From Eledone cirrhosa (lineage: Eukaryota), in the NCBI GenBank assembly GCA_964016885.1, contig OZ024740.1, forward strand, positions 172,546,001 to 172,610,000: DNA of 64,000 bases. Direction: 5' to 3'. This document shows, one piece after another, positions 37,563 to 50,787 of this stretch (position 1 is the stretch's first letter; each line of letters opens with the position of its first letter). Made by a program: the position numbers and the translations under genes. Below the pieces are notes generated by a model. It made no database searches. It saw only the letters and a program-made list of their open reading frames with translations, and was not told the DNA's origin.

Positions 37563-37884
37563 TAATGAAATTCGAAATCCCCCCCCCCCCCCCACACACA
37601 CACTCTAAAAAAAAAGAAAGTATGATCACGAATGGAACAGCATCAATCATGTATCGGCCCGATCAGGGACGGCCTAGGCTTAAAAAGTAACGACCAAATC
37701 TTTTAATTTGTTTCAGTCAAATGTTAAATGTTTACGAGAAGGTATATACCATAAATTATAAAGCGCACCCAAAAAATTGGATCATGCGAGAGAAATAACG
37801 TTCGTTGAACTCTATGGGAAGTAGTTATTGATGGGAGAGTGCAATATATATATATATAAACAAGAAGTGTAAGTCACACACACA

Positions 37885-37973
<89 letters not shown>

Positions 37974-37977
<4 letters not shown>

Positions 37978-38340
37978 TATACTCAAAAAGTTTTGGGTTT
38001 TTTCTTTTAAGGCACTTTCAATTGACCTATTTAGCTGTCACTTTAATACGTCCTTGATATAGTTATAGTAAGTTAATATGCTAAATCATTTATTCCAGGT
38101 TGAAATTTGAGCCACTACAGCACTTTAAACACTACCTGTCGTACGTCTTGTCACAGCTGACTGGTTTCACCATGCAGTCGGGACGAGAGGACAGCTTGGA
38201 TGTTCGATATGCAATAAGGTTTTGTGTCAAGCTCGGGTAAAAACACTGCAGAAACCTATGAAATGGTCAAAACTGCTTACGGAGTAATTTTCATGAGCTG
38301 GGCGATTAGTTTTCGCTGGCACATGAGATTCCAGGAGCAG
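37974..38340 (+). mobile_element. Mariner 5' fragment (transposase N-terminal HTH)
   Basis: Translation of about 38204-38337 is RYAIRFCVKLGKNTAETYEMVKTAYG..MS....FRWHMRFQE. A TIR-like ACGATATACTCAAAAAGTTT lies upstream. Confidence 0.75.
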
Positions 38341-39744
38341 ATTGGCCGATATGGGGATCAAGACTGTTCCTTATCTTCCCTACAAAGTTCATCAGCCAGC
38401 TCATCTATTAATGATGACGATGATGATGAAATCTTCAAAGCATCACTACCTCTAAAATCACCGCAAATAAAGCCTACTCTCGACGTCACTGTTATTGCCA
38501 CATGGGAACGAGTAAAACTATCAGTATGGACAAAAATACATTGATATTGCGAAATCTTGATCTGGCTGTGTCTGATTCACCGAGAAGAGAACTCAGGAAA
38601 TCGAGTTATCCGTTTTCTCAGGACTAGACAGATCCTGGCTAGACCTCTACTGGAGAATTATTACCATCGGCTTCCCAATCCAGCACGCTTGAAGATCGGT
38701 TTGCAGTTTAAATTACAGGAAAAGGAAAGGGGTAGCACTTGGGTGTTCCGATTGCAAGAGGTAGAACCCGACAACAAATTGCTGAAGTCGTTTGAAAGAA
38801 ATCCAACAAGTCAAAATTGAGGACAGAATAATTGGTGTACTTCGGCACCACCACCAATAACATCAGCATGCTGCTGAAAAGATCCCTCTTGTAACGGCTT
38901 GCTGCCATCATATTTTTGAACTGGTTTTGAAAGAAAGTTTTCTTGATCTTTTCCCCATTATCTGCCCCAATATCCCAATGTTCAGAAAGATCCAGGAATG
39001 TTGGGACTCCATCGATAAGTTTCAATATCAATCTATTCATGGAAAATCTTTACAAGCAAAAGAGCGAGGGGATGGTTAAAATATCTACTGACTGTACTAC
39101 TTTCTGGTGATCATCCCTTAGAAGCCTTATGCGGAGTTTATAAAGCTCTCCCTTCTTTATCTTGGTGCTTGGCCACCTCCCCAAGTTCTCCTTCTCGGTC
39201 TTAGGAGCTAATCACCAGGCTCGTTGGATGGCTAAGGCCATATATGTGATCAAAATAGTTCTGTTCAAAGAACAACAAGCACCGCTTTAGTCGAGAGATC
39301 TAGAAAAAGTTGTTTTCTATAATAAATTTCATTCATAAAAAGTGTTTCTCTTTTTAATCCCAATATTATGTGCATTTAGAACATATTCCTCCTACTTATT
39401 TTCATTTTATTTCCTTCTGTCATGTGATTTACACATTGAACAGAATGACAATATACCAAACAGCCGGAATATATATCCAAGGCATTTTATCCGACGATCT
39501 AAGAATTAGTCAAATCCACCACGGTTTCAAATTTCGGCACAATGGCCAGAGAGGGTAGTGATGTTGACAGAACATTAAAACATCTCCAGTACAGGAGTGG
39601 TACAATTTGTATCGATTTAGGAAGTACGATAGGCAAAGTTGACTTTGGTGGGATATGAACTTAGAACATAATGAGTCAGAGCAAATACTCCAGGATATTT
39701 GTCCTGACTCTCTGTCGATTCTTCTCTTAGTTGTGTTGAATAAT

Positions 39745-39958
39745 GATGATTTCTACTTTAGGCAAAAGGCCAGCAATTTTGGAGAAGGGGAAAGTAGATT
39801 AATTCAACCCTAGTGCATTACTGGTACTTCATTTTATCGACCCCGTAAGGATGAAAGGCAAAGTTGGCCTCGGTGGGATTTGAATCCAGAATGTAAGGGG
39901 TCGTAACTTTATGCCGCTAAGCATGGTGTCCGACGCTCTACCAATACTACCAATCCAC
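39745..39958 (-). mobile_element. SINE S1 copy
   Basis: Full-length. An older degenerate relative precedes it at about 39530-39725. Confidence 0.82.
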
Positions 39959-40256
39959 TACTCTGATAATAATAAAAAGTGTACATATCACGTAGCTGTT
40001 GTCGCTTTTAGAAGGTGCGGCAGTCTATCATTTTATTCTTTTCATCTTGGTAGGTTTTGTTTGTGTAAATTAAGAAGCGGTAAGTCTACTTTAATAGGAT
40101 TTCAACGTCAAAAATAGTTTTTTTATGCGACAACGACAATGACAGTGGTAACGACGACGAGAACGTTGGCGAGGATAATGATAACGATGATGATGATCAT
40201 GATATTGAGGATGAGAAAACCATGATTAGGTTGATGGTTATGTTACTAATCATAGC

Positions 40257-40440
40257 AATAATTGTTTCTACTTTTGGCACAAGGCCAGCAATTACCCAGT
40301 GTATTACTGGTACTTTATTTTATCGACCCCGTAAGGATGAAAGGCAAAGTTAACCTCGGCGGGATTTGAACTCAGAATGGAAAGGGCCGTAACTCTATGT
40401 GTCAAAGCATGGCGTCCGACCCTCTATCGATACTGCCAAT
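40257..40440 (-). mobile_element. SINE S1 copy inside a degenerate (GAT/GAC)n tract
   Basis: Full S1 match. The surrounding 40125-40750 is GAT-rich low complexity. Confidence 0.85.
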
Positions 40441-40541
40441 TCTGATGCGGCTGACCATGAGGACAACAACGACAATGTCACAGACAACAACGATGATGAC
40501 AATGGTGATGACGATTCAACGACGACGATGATCAAGATGAC

Positions 40542-40577
<36 letters not shown>

Positions 40578-41119
40578 GAGCAGGATAATGATGATAATGA
40601 GGATAAAGATAAAGACGACAACATCGATGACAGCGATGATGATGACAATGACGATGATGAAGATGATAATGAGGAGGATAATGTTAATAAAAATGATGAG
40701 GGCGATGATGATGATGACTCCGAGGAGGACATTGATTACTATAATGAGATACAGTTATTGCACACCGCTGATGACATTGCAGTGCTGTTGGCTGACAAAG
40801 GTTCAACGATGAAACAATGTTTACCCCCTACCTTCTGCCTGAAATATTTTCTAACCAGACCCAATGAAACTCCGCAGGTGACTCGACATTTGTCCCCCTA
40901 AAGGGCGCCAGTAGTGAGCTGTGTCTGATGGAGGGAGGTTGGATTCGGGTAACAACAACAATAACAACAACAGCAACGACAATAATAATAATTTCTTGTT
41001 ATTGGCCACAAGGTCGCAAAGCATTGGGGACAATACAAAGATGAAAAACAAAACAAAATAATGTGTAATTGACATCGAGTAAAGGGAAACCAACATCAAC
41101 AACAACCAAAACTGTACAT

Positions 41120-41665
41120 ATAATAATTGTTTCTACTTTAGGCACAAGGCCAGCAATTATCCCAGTGTATTACTGGTACTTTATTTCATCGACCCCGTAA
41201 GGATGAAAGGCAAAGTTAACCTCGGCGGGATTTGGACTCAGATCTTAAAGGGCCGTAACTCTGTGCTGCAAAGCATGTTGTCCGACGCCCTACCGATACT
41301 GCTAATCCACCGCCCTCAATAATGGTTTCTTATCACAAGGCCAGCAATTTTGGGGCAAAAAGAAAATCGATTAAATCGACCCCGGTGCATTATTAGTTTA
41401 TTTATAGACCCTGTAAGGATGAAAGACAAAGCTAACCTCAAATAATAGTTATTCCTAATTTGTGCACAAGGCCAGCAATTTTCGGGGAGGGAAAAGGGGA
41501 TTAAATTGACTCCAGTACTTTAACAGATATTTTATTTTATCTATCGAAAGAATAAAAGACAAACTTGACCTCAGCGGGAGTTGAACTCAGGACGTAAAGA
41601 GCCGGAACAAGTATTGCCGCGCATTTGTCCAACGCTCTAACTGTTGACGTCACCACCACCCTAAA
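41120..41665 (-). mobile_element. Three tandem S1-related SINE copies
   Basis: 41120-41317 is full-length, 41320-41440 is partial and 41445-41665 is an older subfamily. Each is separated by AAT-rich tails. Confidence 0.78.
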
Positions 41666-42033
41666 AAACATAATGATAATAACAAATATCAATAAAAATA
41701 ATAATAATAGTAATATTAGTATTACTTGACTCTTCATTGAAATCAATTAAGTTATTCTGGAATCTCTACCCGCCAAACGGTGTAGAGAGATCACATTGGG
41801 TACTCAACAACCCCATCTTAGCCAATGTTCGGTAGCCACAAAAATAATTTATGATCTAATATATCGGATATTGGATCAAGAGAAAGAGAGGTCCCATGAC
41901 AGCGGCTGTTATTTATTGTTAATCTAAACGAATTTCCCTGTCTGTATCTTTATACACCAACACAGTTCGTCTATAAGACTCTCTTTTCTTTTCCGACTCG
42001 CTTCTTTTTGATAAAAACATTTATTGGTTACTG

Positions 42034-42107
<74 letters not shown>

Positions 42108-42140
42108 ATAGTGGTAGTGGTAGTGGTAGTAGTAGCAGTG

Positions 42141-42216
<76 letters not shown>

Positions 42217-42278
42217 CGGTAGTGGTAGTAGTAGTGGTAGTAGTAGTAGTAGTAGTAGTAATAGTGGTGGTGGTGGTA
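42034..42278. repeat. (TAG)n/(TGG)n microsatellite
   Basis: Directly visible. Confidence 0.97.
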
Positions 42279-42580
42279 GACAGAAGGCATCTTTCGTCCA
42301 GCAGACCTATAATTCCAAACGTTCCAACCGTGACCAACTCTCGTCTAATATAGATGTATCTTGATCAGTGCTTGCGAACCTTTTTAGCCCAGTGAGTCGA
42401 AATTTAAATTTTTTTACTAAATTTTGTTTTTACTAAATTTTGTTATTCATCATGACCGAATTATTAAGTAGTTCACTTCGCAATTATTAGGGGATCTTGG
42501 GAAAGTTTCATTTACCATTGTCTCGGGTCGACCCATACCTTGTGAATGAACAAATTAAATTAACGGAAACTGTTTGAAAA

Positions 42581-42773
42581 CAGACCTCCCAACCTCTTAA
42601 AACCCAAACGGGAGTACCATGAAAAAAAGTGCACCAAAACGGGGAGAAATGAGGCAAAATGGGGAGATTTTACATAATGAAAGCTATACCCATTTTCACA
42701 AGAGAAGACATCTCTCACCTACCCAAAAGTGGGTGGGAGATCTCCCCGTAGGACGGGGATAGTTGATAGGTTG
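42581..42773. mobile_element. MITE
   Basis: CAGACCTCCCAAC ... GTTGATAGGTTG termini with GGGAGA subrepeats. Its right half recurs inverted at about 25867-25973. Confidence 0.55.
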
Positions 42774-42978
42774 TGAAATCCTATCGAATTATTAAGTGTG
42801 TGATGGGGGACGTTATTCAAGACCTGAGAGTAGGTAAAATAATAATAATGTTAATTTTTTTCAAATTCCATGGTGCGTTTCCTTTCATATATAAGTACCA
42901 CGAATTTTGAAAAATATATATTTTATTAACATTTTGAAAAAAAAAAAAAAACTATTGGAGCGTTGAGTAGATTAAAAT

Positions 42979-43287
42979 TCTTAGAAAATGTAGAAAACTC
43001 AAACACAGAAAATAATTGTAGCCACAGTCGATTGCTATAAAACAATAGTTTAGAAAATCAGGTAAAATACCCCTATTGACGGAGAAAAAATGACACCAGC
43101 CGTACTTCTCAAATCCCGACTATGAAGAATTTGAGAGATACAGAATTCGATTCTTCGGAGCGGCTGATGGTCAATATTTTCCATCTATAGAGGTATTTTA
43201 TCCGATTTTCTAAACTATTTTTTTTTTATAGCAATCGACCGTGGTTACAGTTATTTTCTGCGTCTGAGATTTCTGCATCTTTTAAGA
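42979..43287. repeat. Imperfect fold-back of about 310 bp (MITE-like)
   Basis: Arm 42979-43102 pairs with about 43161-43287, and there is an inner hairpin TCTCAAAT/ATTTGAGA. Confidence 0.75.
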
Positions 43288-43772
43288 CCATTATGATTAT
43301 TTTATCTATTTAATATTACACGATGTTATCCACAGTGACAAAAGTATTCTAACAAAATGATAACAATACAGCCAGCTCGAATAGCTGAAAGAGTTTAATA
43401 AAATAATAACTTGAAATTTCAAAATATGATTATAAAACTTAGATATTTAAAAAAATGAAATTAAAAACTTTGATGAGTTTTCAAACTCCCTCGCCTATCG
43501 CCTAATAATCCGCAGCGTGTCACAGTTGACATGCGTATCATGAATTCACCATCAATGATCTACAACTACGTTTTTGAATGTATCATTCCTTATTTTAATA
43601 CGCTCGGAGATTTAACTGCTACAATTAGCATAGAGATTAACAAACAGGGGAGACAATTTCATTTTACAGTTAAGTGAAAATTAAACTGAACACAGGGTGA
43701 AAATTGTTCAATGTAGTATTCAGTTTTAATGTCGAAGAAAGTTATCATCAAAAGCACTCCATGCATGACCAA

Positions 43773-43821
<49 letters not shown>

Positions 43822-44021
43822 ATATGGGGGGGGGGTATTTATGTGTATGTGTGTGCGTGCGTGTGTCCTTTTGTGTATGCAAACACACATGTGTATAGCA
43901 TAACCACTAATGACGCCCCCACAAATCTTATAGGGGATGGAAGTTTTGTTTCACTTTAGGGAAAACAAGAAACAGGTGATGAAATCTATATGCTTAATAT
44001 ATATTATTATATACATACATA

Positions 44022-44240
44022 AGGGTGGTGGATTGGCAGTATCGGTAGAGGGTCGGTCGCCATGCTTTGCAGTATAGAGTTACGGCCCTTTATGATCTGA
44101 GTTCAAATCCCACCGAGGTTAACTTTGCCTTTCATCCTTACGGGGTCGATAAAATAAAGTACTAGTCACGCACTGGGGCCGATTTAATCAACCTTTCCCT
44201 CCCCCCAAAATTGCTGGCCTTGTGCCTAAGAAATAATTAT
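44022..44240 (+). mobile_element. SINE S1 copy
   Basis: Full-length head, core and tail. Confidence 0.85.
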
Positions 44241-44473
44241 ATACATACATATATACACACACAAACAGATATACATAAACACGCGCGTGCGTACCCACCC
44301 ACATCCACATAAATAAATATATATATGTTTGTGTGTATGTGTGTATGTATATATATAGAGAGGGAGATTTAGAGTGTTGACCACATATAGGGAAACAGAC
44401 CCTTTCTCATATTTTGCAAGCGTGTACACACACACACACATATATATAAATATATATATATATATGTATAATT

Positions 44474-45347
44474 TAAAAAAATATGATCAACACTAATGTG
44501 TTTTTTTTGCAAAATGACAATAATTGCCATTTTACGTCTGTAAGTATAGATTTAATATTTAATATTTTCTAGATTGATACAGGCGGACTATATGTACTTG
44601 AATTAAGGTATTTCTATCTGGCTAAAAAATTATTGTCATTTTGCAAAAACAACACATTAGTGTTGATCATATTTTTTTTAATTGTACTGTAATGCTCAGA
44701 AGTATTTTCTTAGAGCTTAATAATTGTATTTGACTACTAAATTGAAATAAATATGCTCCTTCGGTAGAGCTGAATTCATAATCCCATATTTACGGCTGTT
44801 ATTTCTAGCGCCATGGATATGAGCCAAAATGCTGAGAATGTCGTGTGCAAAAGCACATGTATTAGGCTTGCGACAGATCAGTCTTAAGATTCTTATCTTA
44901 GAGAAGTAACTATAATTTATCTGGGTGCCTATTGAAAATCACAGAAAATTGATTACTTCACTAATAATTATTTTATAAATAGTTGTTCCGTAATTAATTA
45001 ATTATTTCATTAGTATACCATCCCTTGTGAAACAGGTTTATGTTTTGAAGTTCCGTCGATCTGCTGAAAAGGTTTGAATTTTGAAATTTAAACTTGTCTA
45101 GGTACCAGGCAGTTGCCATTTTACGTCTGTAAGTATAGATTTAATATTTAATATTTTCTAGATCGATACAGGCGGACTATATGTACTTGAATTAAGGTAT
45201 TTCTATCTGGCTAAAAAATTATTGTCATTTTGCAAAAAAAAACACATTAGTGTTGATCATATTTTTTTAAATTGTACTGTAATGCTCAGAAGTATTTTCT
45301 TAGAGCTTAATAATTGTATTTGACTACTAAATTGAAATAAATTGAAA
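44474..45347 (+). mobile_element. Non-coding element with PLE architecture (inverted partial pLTR plus two direct pLTRs)
   Basis: About 228-bp direct repeats at 44524-44752 and 45113-45342. Segment 44474-44525 is an inverted copy of part of the repeat. Flanked by (TA)n. Confidence 0.75.
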
Positions 45348-45427
45348 TATATATATGTATATATGTATATATATACATTATAAAATAACAGGAGGCTGCA
45401 CTGGTGTAATTCCTTAAAAGGTTTATT

Positions 45428-45485
45428 ATACTATGATCATTTCAGTGACCAGGTTCAGTATGAATCCGGTGACATCATCAGGTAT
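45428..45485 (-). ncRNA. Type I hammerhead ribozyme (family E)
   Basis: ATAC CTGATGA tGTcACCGGaTTCA tac TGAAcCTGGTcACt GAAA TGATCA TA GTAT. The core is intact, and stem III is the palindrome ATGATCAT. Confidence 0.72.
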
Positions 45486-46462
45486 TCGAAATATAACAAA
45501 GGAATATAATAGACAAAATCTATGGGGCTGAAATGCAGAGACAAGAGGGCGGCCGAACATTTAGCAGCTTCTAGCCCAGTCAGCCGCCCTCAAGTGGTGA
45601 TTATTAAGTCTTCTTATGTCCTTCTGGTGAAGGGGCGTAGGCTGTACTGCTACCACCCCGTAATAGACAGAGGCCAGCGGTGAGATTAGGTTACAATCAA
45701 GCTGGTCAGAGGTGCTAGAAAGTGTTACGAAATATATTTTTTCAAAAAACATATATCTCTAACAAAACCATATATAGTGGGCAACTGCACAGTATATTGT
45801 AGGGTCATAAATTACGATTAACAATTAGAAACGTTAAATTTATGTTTAGAATTAAAAGATGCCATTTAAGATGAAATTAAAAAAGGTTTAAAGTTGGGAG
45901 ATTTAGTCAAAGAATTTACAGAAGGAGGCGTTTATGAAAAAGTTTAAGTGTATTATAGATAGTCACGATAAAGTTTCTGGGTAGAATATAGAATAAAAAT
46001 TAAGCCCATGCTTAGCGGTCATTAACCAGCGACGTCGCGGACACCCGGCCAGCCCGAGGCCCAATGGCGTGTCAACCGTTCCGAGTATTTTCGTCGAGCG
46101 AAAGAAATGGAAATTTATTTTTCCGAGCACTCCAGGAATGTTAACTGTCCCAAGCGCCGGGGGTGCTAGCCGGAAATCCGCCACCGCCGACTGGTCATCG
46201 AACATACCAAACGTTTAAAAATGGCAAAATCCGATGAAATGAGTAAATAGACTATATTTAGTCCCCAGTTAGTCCGAGTTATATGTAGTGTGATTCTTGA
46301 GTGGGTAGGGGGAGTGATTAAAGATAAACAGATATAAAGGATACAGAGAATAATATTCTAGGGTCGTGTGCCTATTTTAGGTAACAGATGAGTACACGGA
46401 TAAGTATATAAGGAGAGTAAAGTGAATAAATAAATACATAAATAAAAACATAAATAAAATAC

Positions 46463-46493
<31 letters not shown>

Positions 46494-46501
46494 TAAGAGA
46501 G

Positions 46502-46595
<94 letters not shown>

Positions 46596-47029
46596 CTACA
46601 TCGACGGCTTTCCAATCGTTTTCCTCCATCACTCTTTGTATTCCCGATCTTCAATATGGTGTTTATTTCTTCTGGATTTCTCACACAATGACATTCTAAT
46701 TGGAATCTTTGTTCATTTATCGTTGGAACTAATTTTGGTCAACCTTCAAATATTTTATATTCGTAGTGTGGCAATTCCAATTGATTTAGAACCATCCATA
46801 ACATGTGAATGTACATTCCGTGCAGATGGTTATCAAGCTTCTATGTGACTGTCCTTGTCTCGAAGCCATATACAAGACAGATCCAATCGTTCCTAAAGAT
46901 AGACTAATCTTAATATAGCTCCCCAGGAGCGACTTCCAAATCTTTGAATGTTTATGGCATACTTCGTGACTGCCGTTTTGAATTGTCGATCGAATCTCCA
47001 AGATATTTGAAATATTTCACAATTTTTAG

Positions 47030-47035
47030 TAGTAG

Positions 47036-47070
<35 letters not shown>

Positions 47071-47208
47071 CTTCTTCTTCTTCTTCTTCTTCTTCTTCTT
47101 CTTCTTCTTCTTCTTCTTCTTTTTCTTCTTCTTCTTCTTCTTCTTCTTCTTCTTCTTCTTCTTCTTCTTCTTCTTCTTCTTCTTCTTCTTCTTCTTCTTC
47201 TTCTTCTT
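47030..47208. repeat. (GTT)n(CTT)n microsatellite, probably the RTE tail
   Basis: Directly visible. It abuts the 3' end of the RTE fragment. Confidence 0.95.
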
Positions 47209-47209
47209 C

Positions 47210-47830
47210 CTGAGAAAGTCATGGAGGCAGAATCCTCATCAATCCTTCCAGCGGGTCCTGTCAGAAACAATCGTCTCCAACTGATCCAGCTGGATCCCCA
47301 AGGGAGACCAGCCAAGTTCATGCATGTTATCCCAACCATCTTGCTCGGGGTCTACCCCTGGGTCTCCTTCTGGTTGGTTTTGCCGGTAAAATCTGTCCAG
47401 CAATTCTTTCAAGAGATATTCTAACCACATGCCCATTGTATCGGAGCTCTGCTCTCTCAATTCGGAGAAGTAGTGGCTCTACCCATAGATGTCGATCAAA
47501 TTTAGAGTTAATGATCACTGGGTCATAATGGTTTAATTCTATAGGTTAAATTTCTCAGCTTCAATTTCTATCCATTCTAATAGTTCTTGTTCTTGATGTA
47601 TCCATTTTGAAAGTGAAGGAATGTCCTCAGCATATGTAATGTCGGAAATTATCATTAGTGACATACATCTGCATCTCTTGTTTGTTAGGCTGAAGCCAAA
47701 TTCTTTGGATTTGCCATCAATAGCTTGCTTTATTACATAAACAATTACAATTGCAAATAAATAAGGAGCCAAATCATCATCCGGAAACACGCTTGCAAAC
47801 TATGAGAAATGTCTGTTTCCCTATATGTGG
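47210..47830 (-). mobile_element. Decayed RTE-clade LINE fragment(s)
   Basis: DDLAPYLFAIV..ISDITYAEDI (RT, decayed YADD) and ERAELRYNGHVVR..KPTRRRPRGRPRARW..DRTRW (RTE C-terminus). Confidence 0.75.
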
Positions 47831-49228
47831 TCAACACTCTAAATCTAATTGAATACAAAATTTGCTCTCACGCTCTATAACTGCAAAGGATTTTTATCTG
47901 TGAACGGTGTCGAAGGCTTTCTTGGTTCTTTTGACGATTTAGATTTTTCTAAAAACAAGTTGGAGGAATCATGGGTTTTAATGATAGCGTGTCCAGTTCT
48001 ACAACGTAACCACTTTTTATGGCAACGAGAGGCGGAATGTAAACTGAGAACATTCAGAACCGGAATAGATACCATGGTGCACCCTGTCCTACACTAACAA
48101 TTCCGCCAATCCAAGCGCCCTGGACAAGTACTTTATTTATCAACCCTGTACGGGTGATTGTTAAAGTTGATCTGGGCACTATTTGGACTCAGAGCGCAGA
48201 GATTTGGAACAAACACAACATGATACGATGATCTAACGTCTTTCCTAATTCTCCTCGTTCTCCATGAAGAATGAAATGAGTGAAGGATTATAAATACCTT
48301 TAGATTAAGGAAATTCTGAAAAGTAGCGATACCGCTTCGGTAGAAATTCATGAAAACAAAAAAGGGAACTTGGGCAAAATAGAGTGTTATGTTTTTTTAC
48401 TCTTTTTTATCTCATGATTTATATGCCAGTAGTCAAAATGTCAGACTAGTAACCAGCGAGTCGTAGATCCTCAGTCAGTTTTGACAATAGGCATTCATTT
48501 GTTCGATTGATTGTACATTCGGCTCAAGAAATAACTTGTAAGTAGTTGAGTATTCCACAGTCAAGTATACCATTAACATAACCCTCAAACAACATCCGTG
48601 TGACACAATAAGACTAGACATTTGAATTACAGGTATAAACCATCCAACGGGCTTCCACACGATGTCCCTATACCAACGTTCTCTACAAGGCTTCGATACG
48701 ACTCGTGAATTAGCGTGTAAGTATTGAGTATTTCACAGACACGTGTAACCTTAATATAAGTAAAATCAGAGTAAAATATTACGTGACAGTACTTGATCTT
48801 TTAATTACAGGTAAAACCAATCCACACAGTTTTCCGTCTACCTATTTTCCTCTCGCAAGGTTTAAGAAGACCCAAAGTATGATAAAATCACTTCCTCAAG
48901 ATTCCACACGATGGGATCGAACCGGAGACTTCAAAATTGCGTGGCAAAATTCTAAACCACTTAGCCACTAGATATCCCGTGGTATTTGATACATAGGTTT
49001 AGGCGTATGCAGGGTTCCTGAGTTATTGCACAGATCTGACCGTCCTTTGTGAGTCATACACAGTAATTAAATATTTATATGAAAATACACATAAACAAAA
49101 CAGTTATGTTTTTGTTTACGTATGTTCATAGTCATATATGTAGTCAAATATGTAGGTGTATATACACACACATACATTGTGTGTAGGCGTTTATCCCTAT
49201 ATATACACTTGTTTTCTCCCCCCCCCCG

Positions 49229-49264
<36 letters not shown>

Positions 49265-49267
49265 GTA

Positions 49268-49346
<79 letters not shown>

Positions 49347-49347
49347 C

Positions 49348-49400
<53 letters not shown>

Positions 49401-49405
49401 CATAC

Positions 49406-49484
<79 letters not shown>

Positions 49485-49729
49485 TATGCGCGCAGGGGTA
49501 CACACACGCACACAAACACACATGGACATACAGCTATATAGATATATATGTATGTGTATGTGTATGTATTTTTGGTGTGCGTGCGTGTGTGTGTGTGTAA
49601 GTGTGTTTCTATTTCTGTCTCTGATTCGGAGCAGTGAGTTCCCATGAAATACAGGAGTGGTTCACTTCCGAATTGTACTTAATTATGACTTGATTCTTCG
49701 AGGAGCATCGGTGCAGAACTGAAACAGAA

Positions 49730-50200
49730 GTAGTAACCCTTAGAAAGTGCAAAGTCTTCTGGAAGTGTTAACATTTCTCCTACCACCATTACCGTATCAC
49801 ACGAAACCTCGAGAGTATTCACCAGTATTCCATCAGAAACACACCAGCCGTAGAACCATATCAGAATAATACCACAAACAACGCCTCCAATACGGTTATA
49901 TGATGAGCCATGCTGAGAGACGACAATCAGTTAGTGAAAGGCTCGCTACGCCAATGAATCATTCGGCTATTTTACAGCGCTCTCGCTGCAAGCAGCTGTG
50001 AATATATCTAACCCTCTGATGTCTACTTAGAGGCAGATGCTGAGATACTGGGGTGTGGTAATATAAAGTGTAGAGGATGAGTGAAGTTTGGGGGCTTAGA
50101 GAAGTTATGTACTCAGCAACTTCAGAGAAACCGTGGCTATTATAGCAACGGTAGAAAAGATTGAGAAAGGGAACATAATGAAATGGGCGAAGTTGGCCAT
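49730..50200 (+). pseudogene. Highly decayed Gypsy-like pol (RT connection and RNase H) remnant
   Basis: Frameshifted motifs KVQSLL.V, DVYLEADAEILGCG (TDAS..G.G-like) and YS/FRETVAIIATVEK (YS..E.E.LAI-like) appear in the right order. Confidence 0.4.
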
Positions 50201-50787
50201 TTACGGGTATCTTAGCAACACGCCATTGTAAAGTTGGAGGTTTTGATTTTGACTAAGAAATCCAATCTTCGTAATCCAGCCTTGAGACCTATATGTGAAT
50301 TTTATATGTGGTTTATATGTGATGGTTTCTATAGGAAGTCATAAGAAGAAACTAGACCCATGATTTTTATGTGTTGTATGTGTATCTATGTATGTGTGTG
50401 TGTGTGTGTACGTGTGTGTGTACGTGTGTGTTGTGTGTGTGTGAATGTTTGTGTGTGTCTCGGTCTTTGAGTGTCTGTGTGTGTGTAAGTGTCTCTCTAT
50501 GTTAATGGGGGGGGGGGGGGCTCTGCGTCTATACGTTTTAGATACTTATGTCTGGGAGATTTGGACCGTCAAAAGACAATCGCCCTTATTTCCATGGCTG
50601 TTCATTGAGCCTATTCTTGTGATGTATGTAAATAAGATCTTTCCACATGAGGCAACATTAACGTAGAAAGGAGATACCGTGTGTGGGTGGGGTAGATACG
50701 AAACCTGTAATAACATCTGAGTTGATAAATTAGAGGATAAAGGGGAATAAAGATAGAAAGAGATGGAGAGAGAAGGAGGAATGGAAT

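Noticed and set aside
38545-39290. ORF 38708-39040 and its surroundings as a host exon or LINE ORF1
   Set aside because: It has only a vague resemblance to a decayed ORF1, with no firm motif or splice evidence.
40399-40812. Met/Asp-rich 137-aa ORF
   Set aside because: It starts in a SINE and continues through degenerate (GAT)n.
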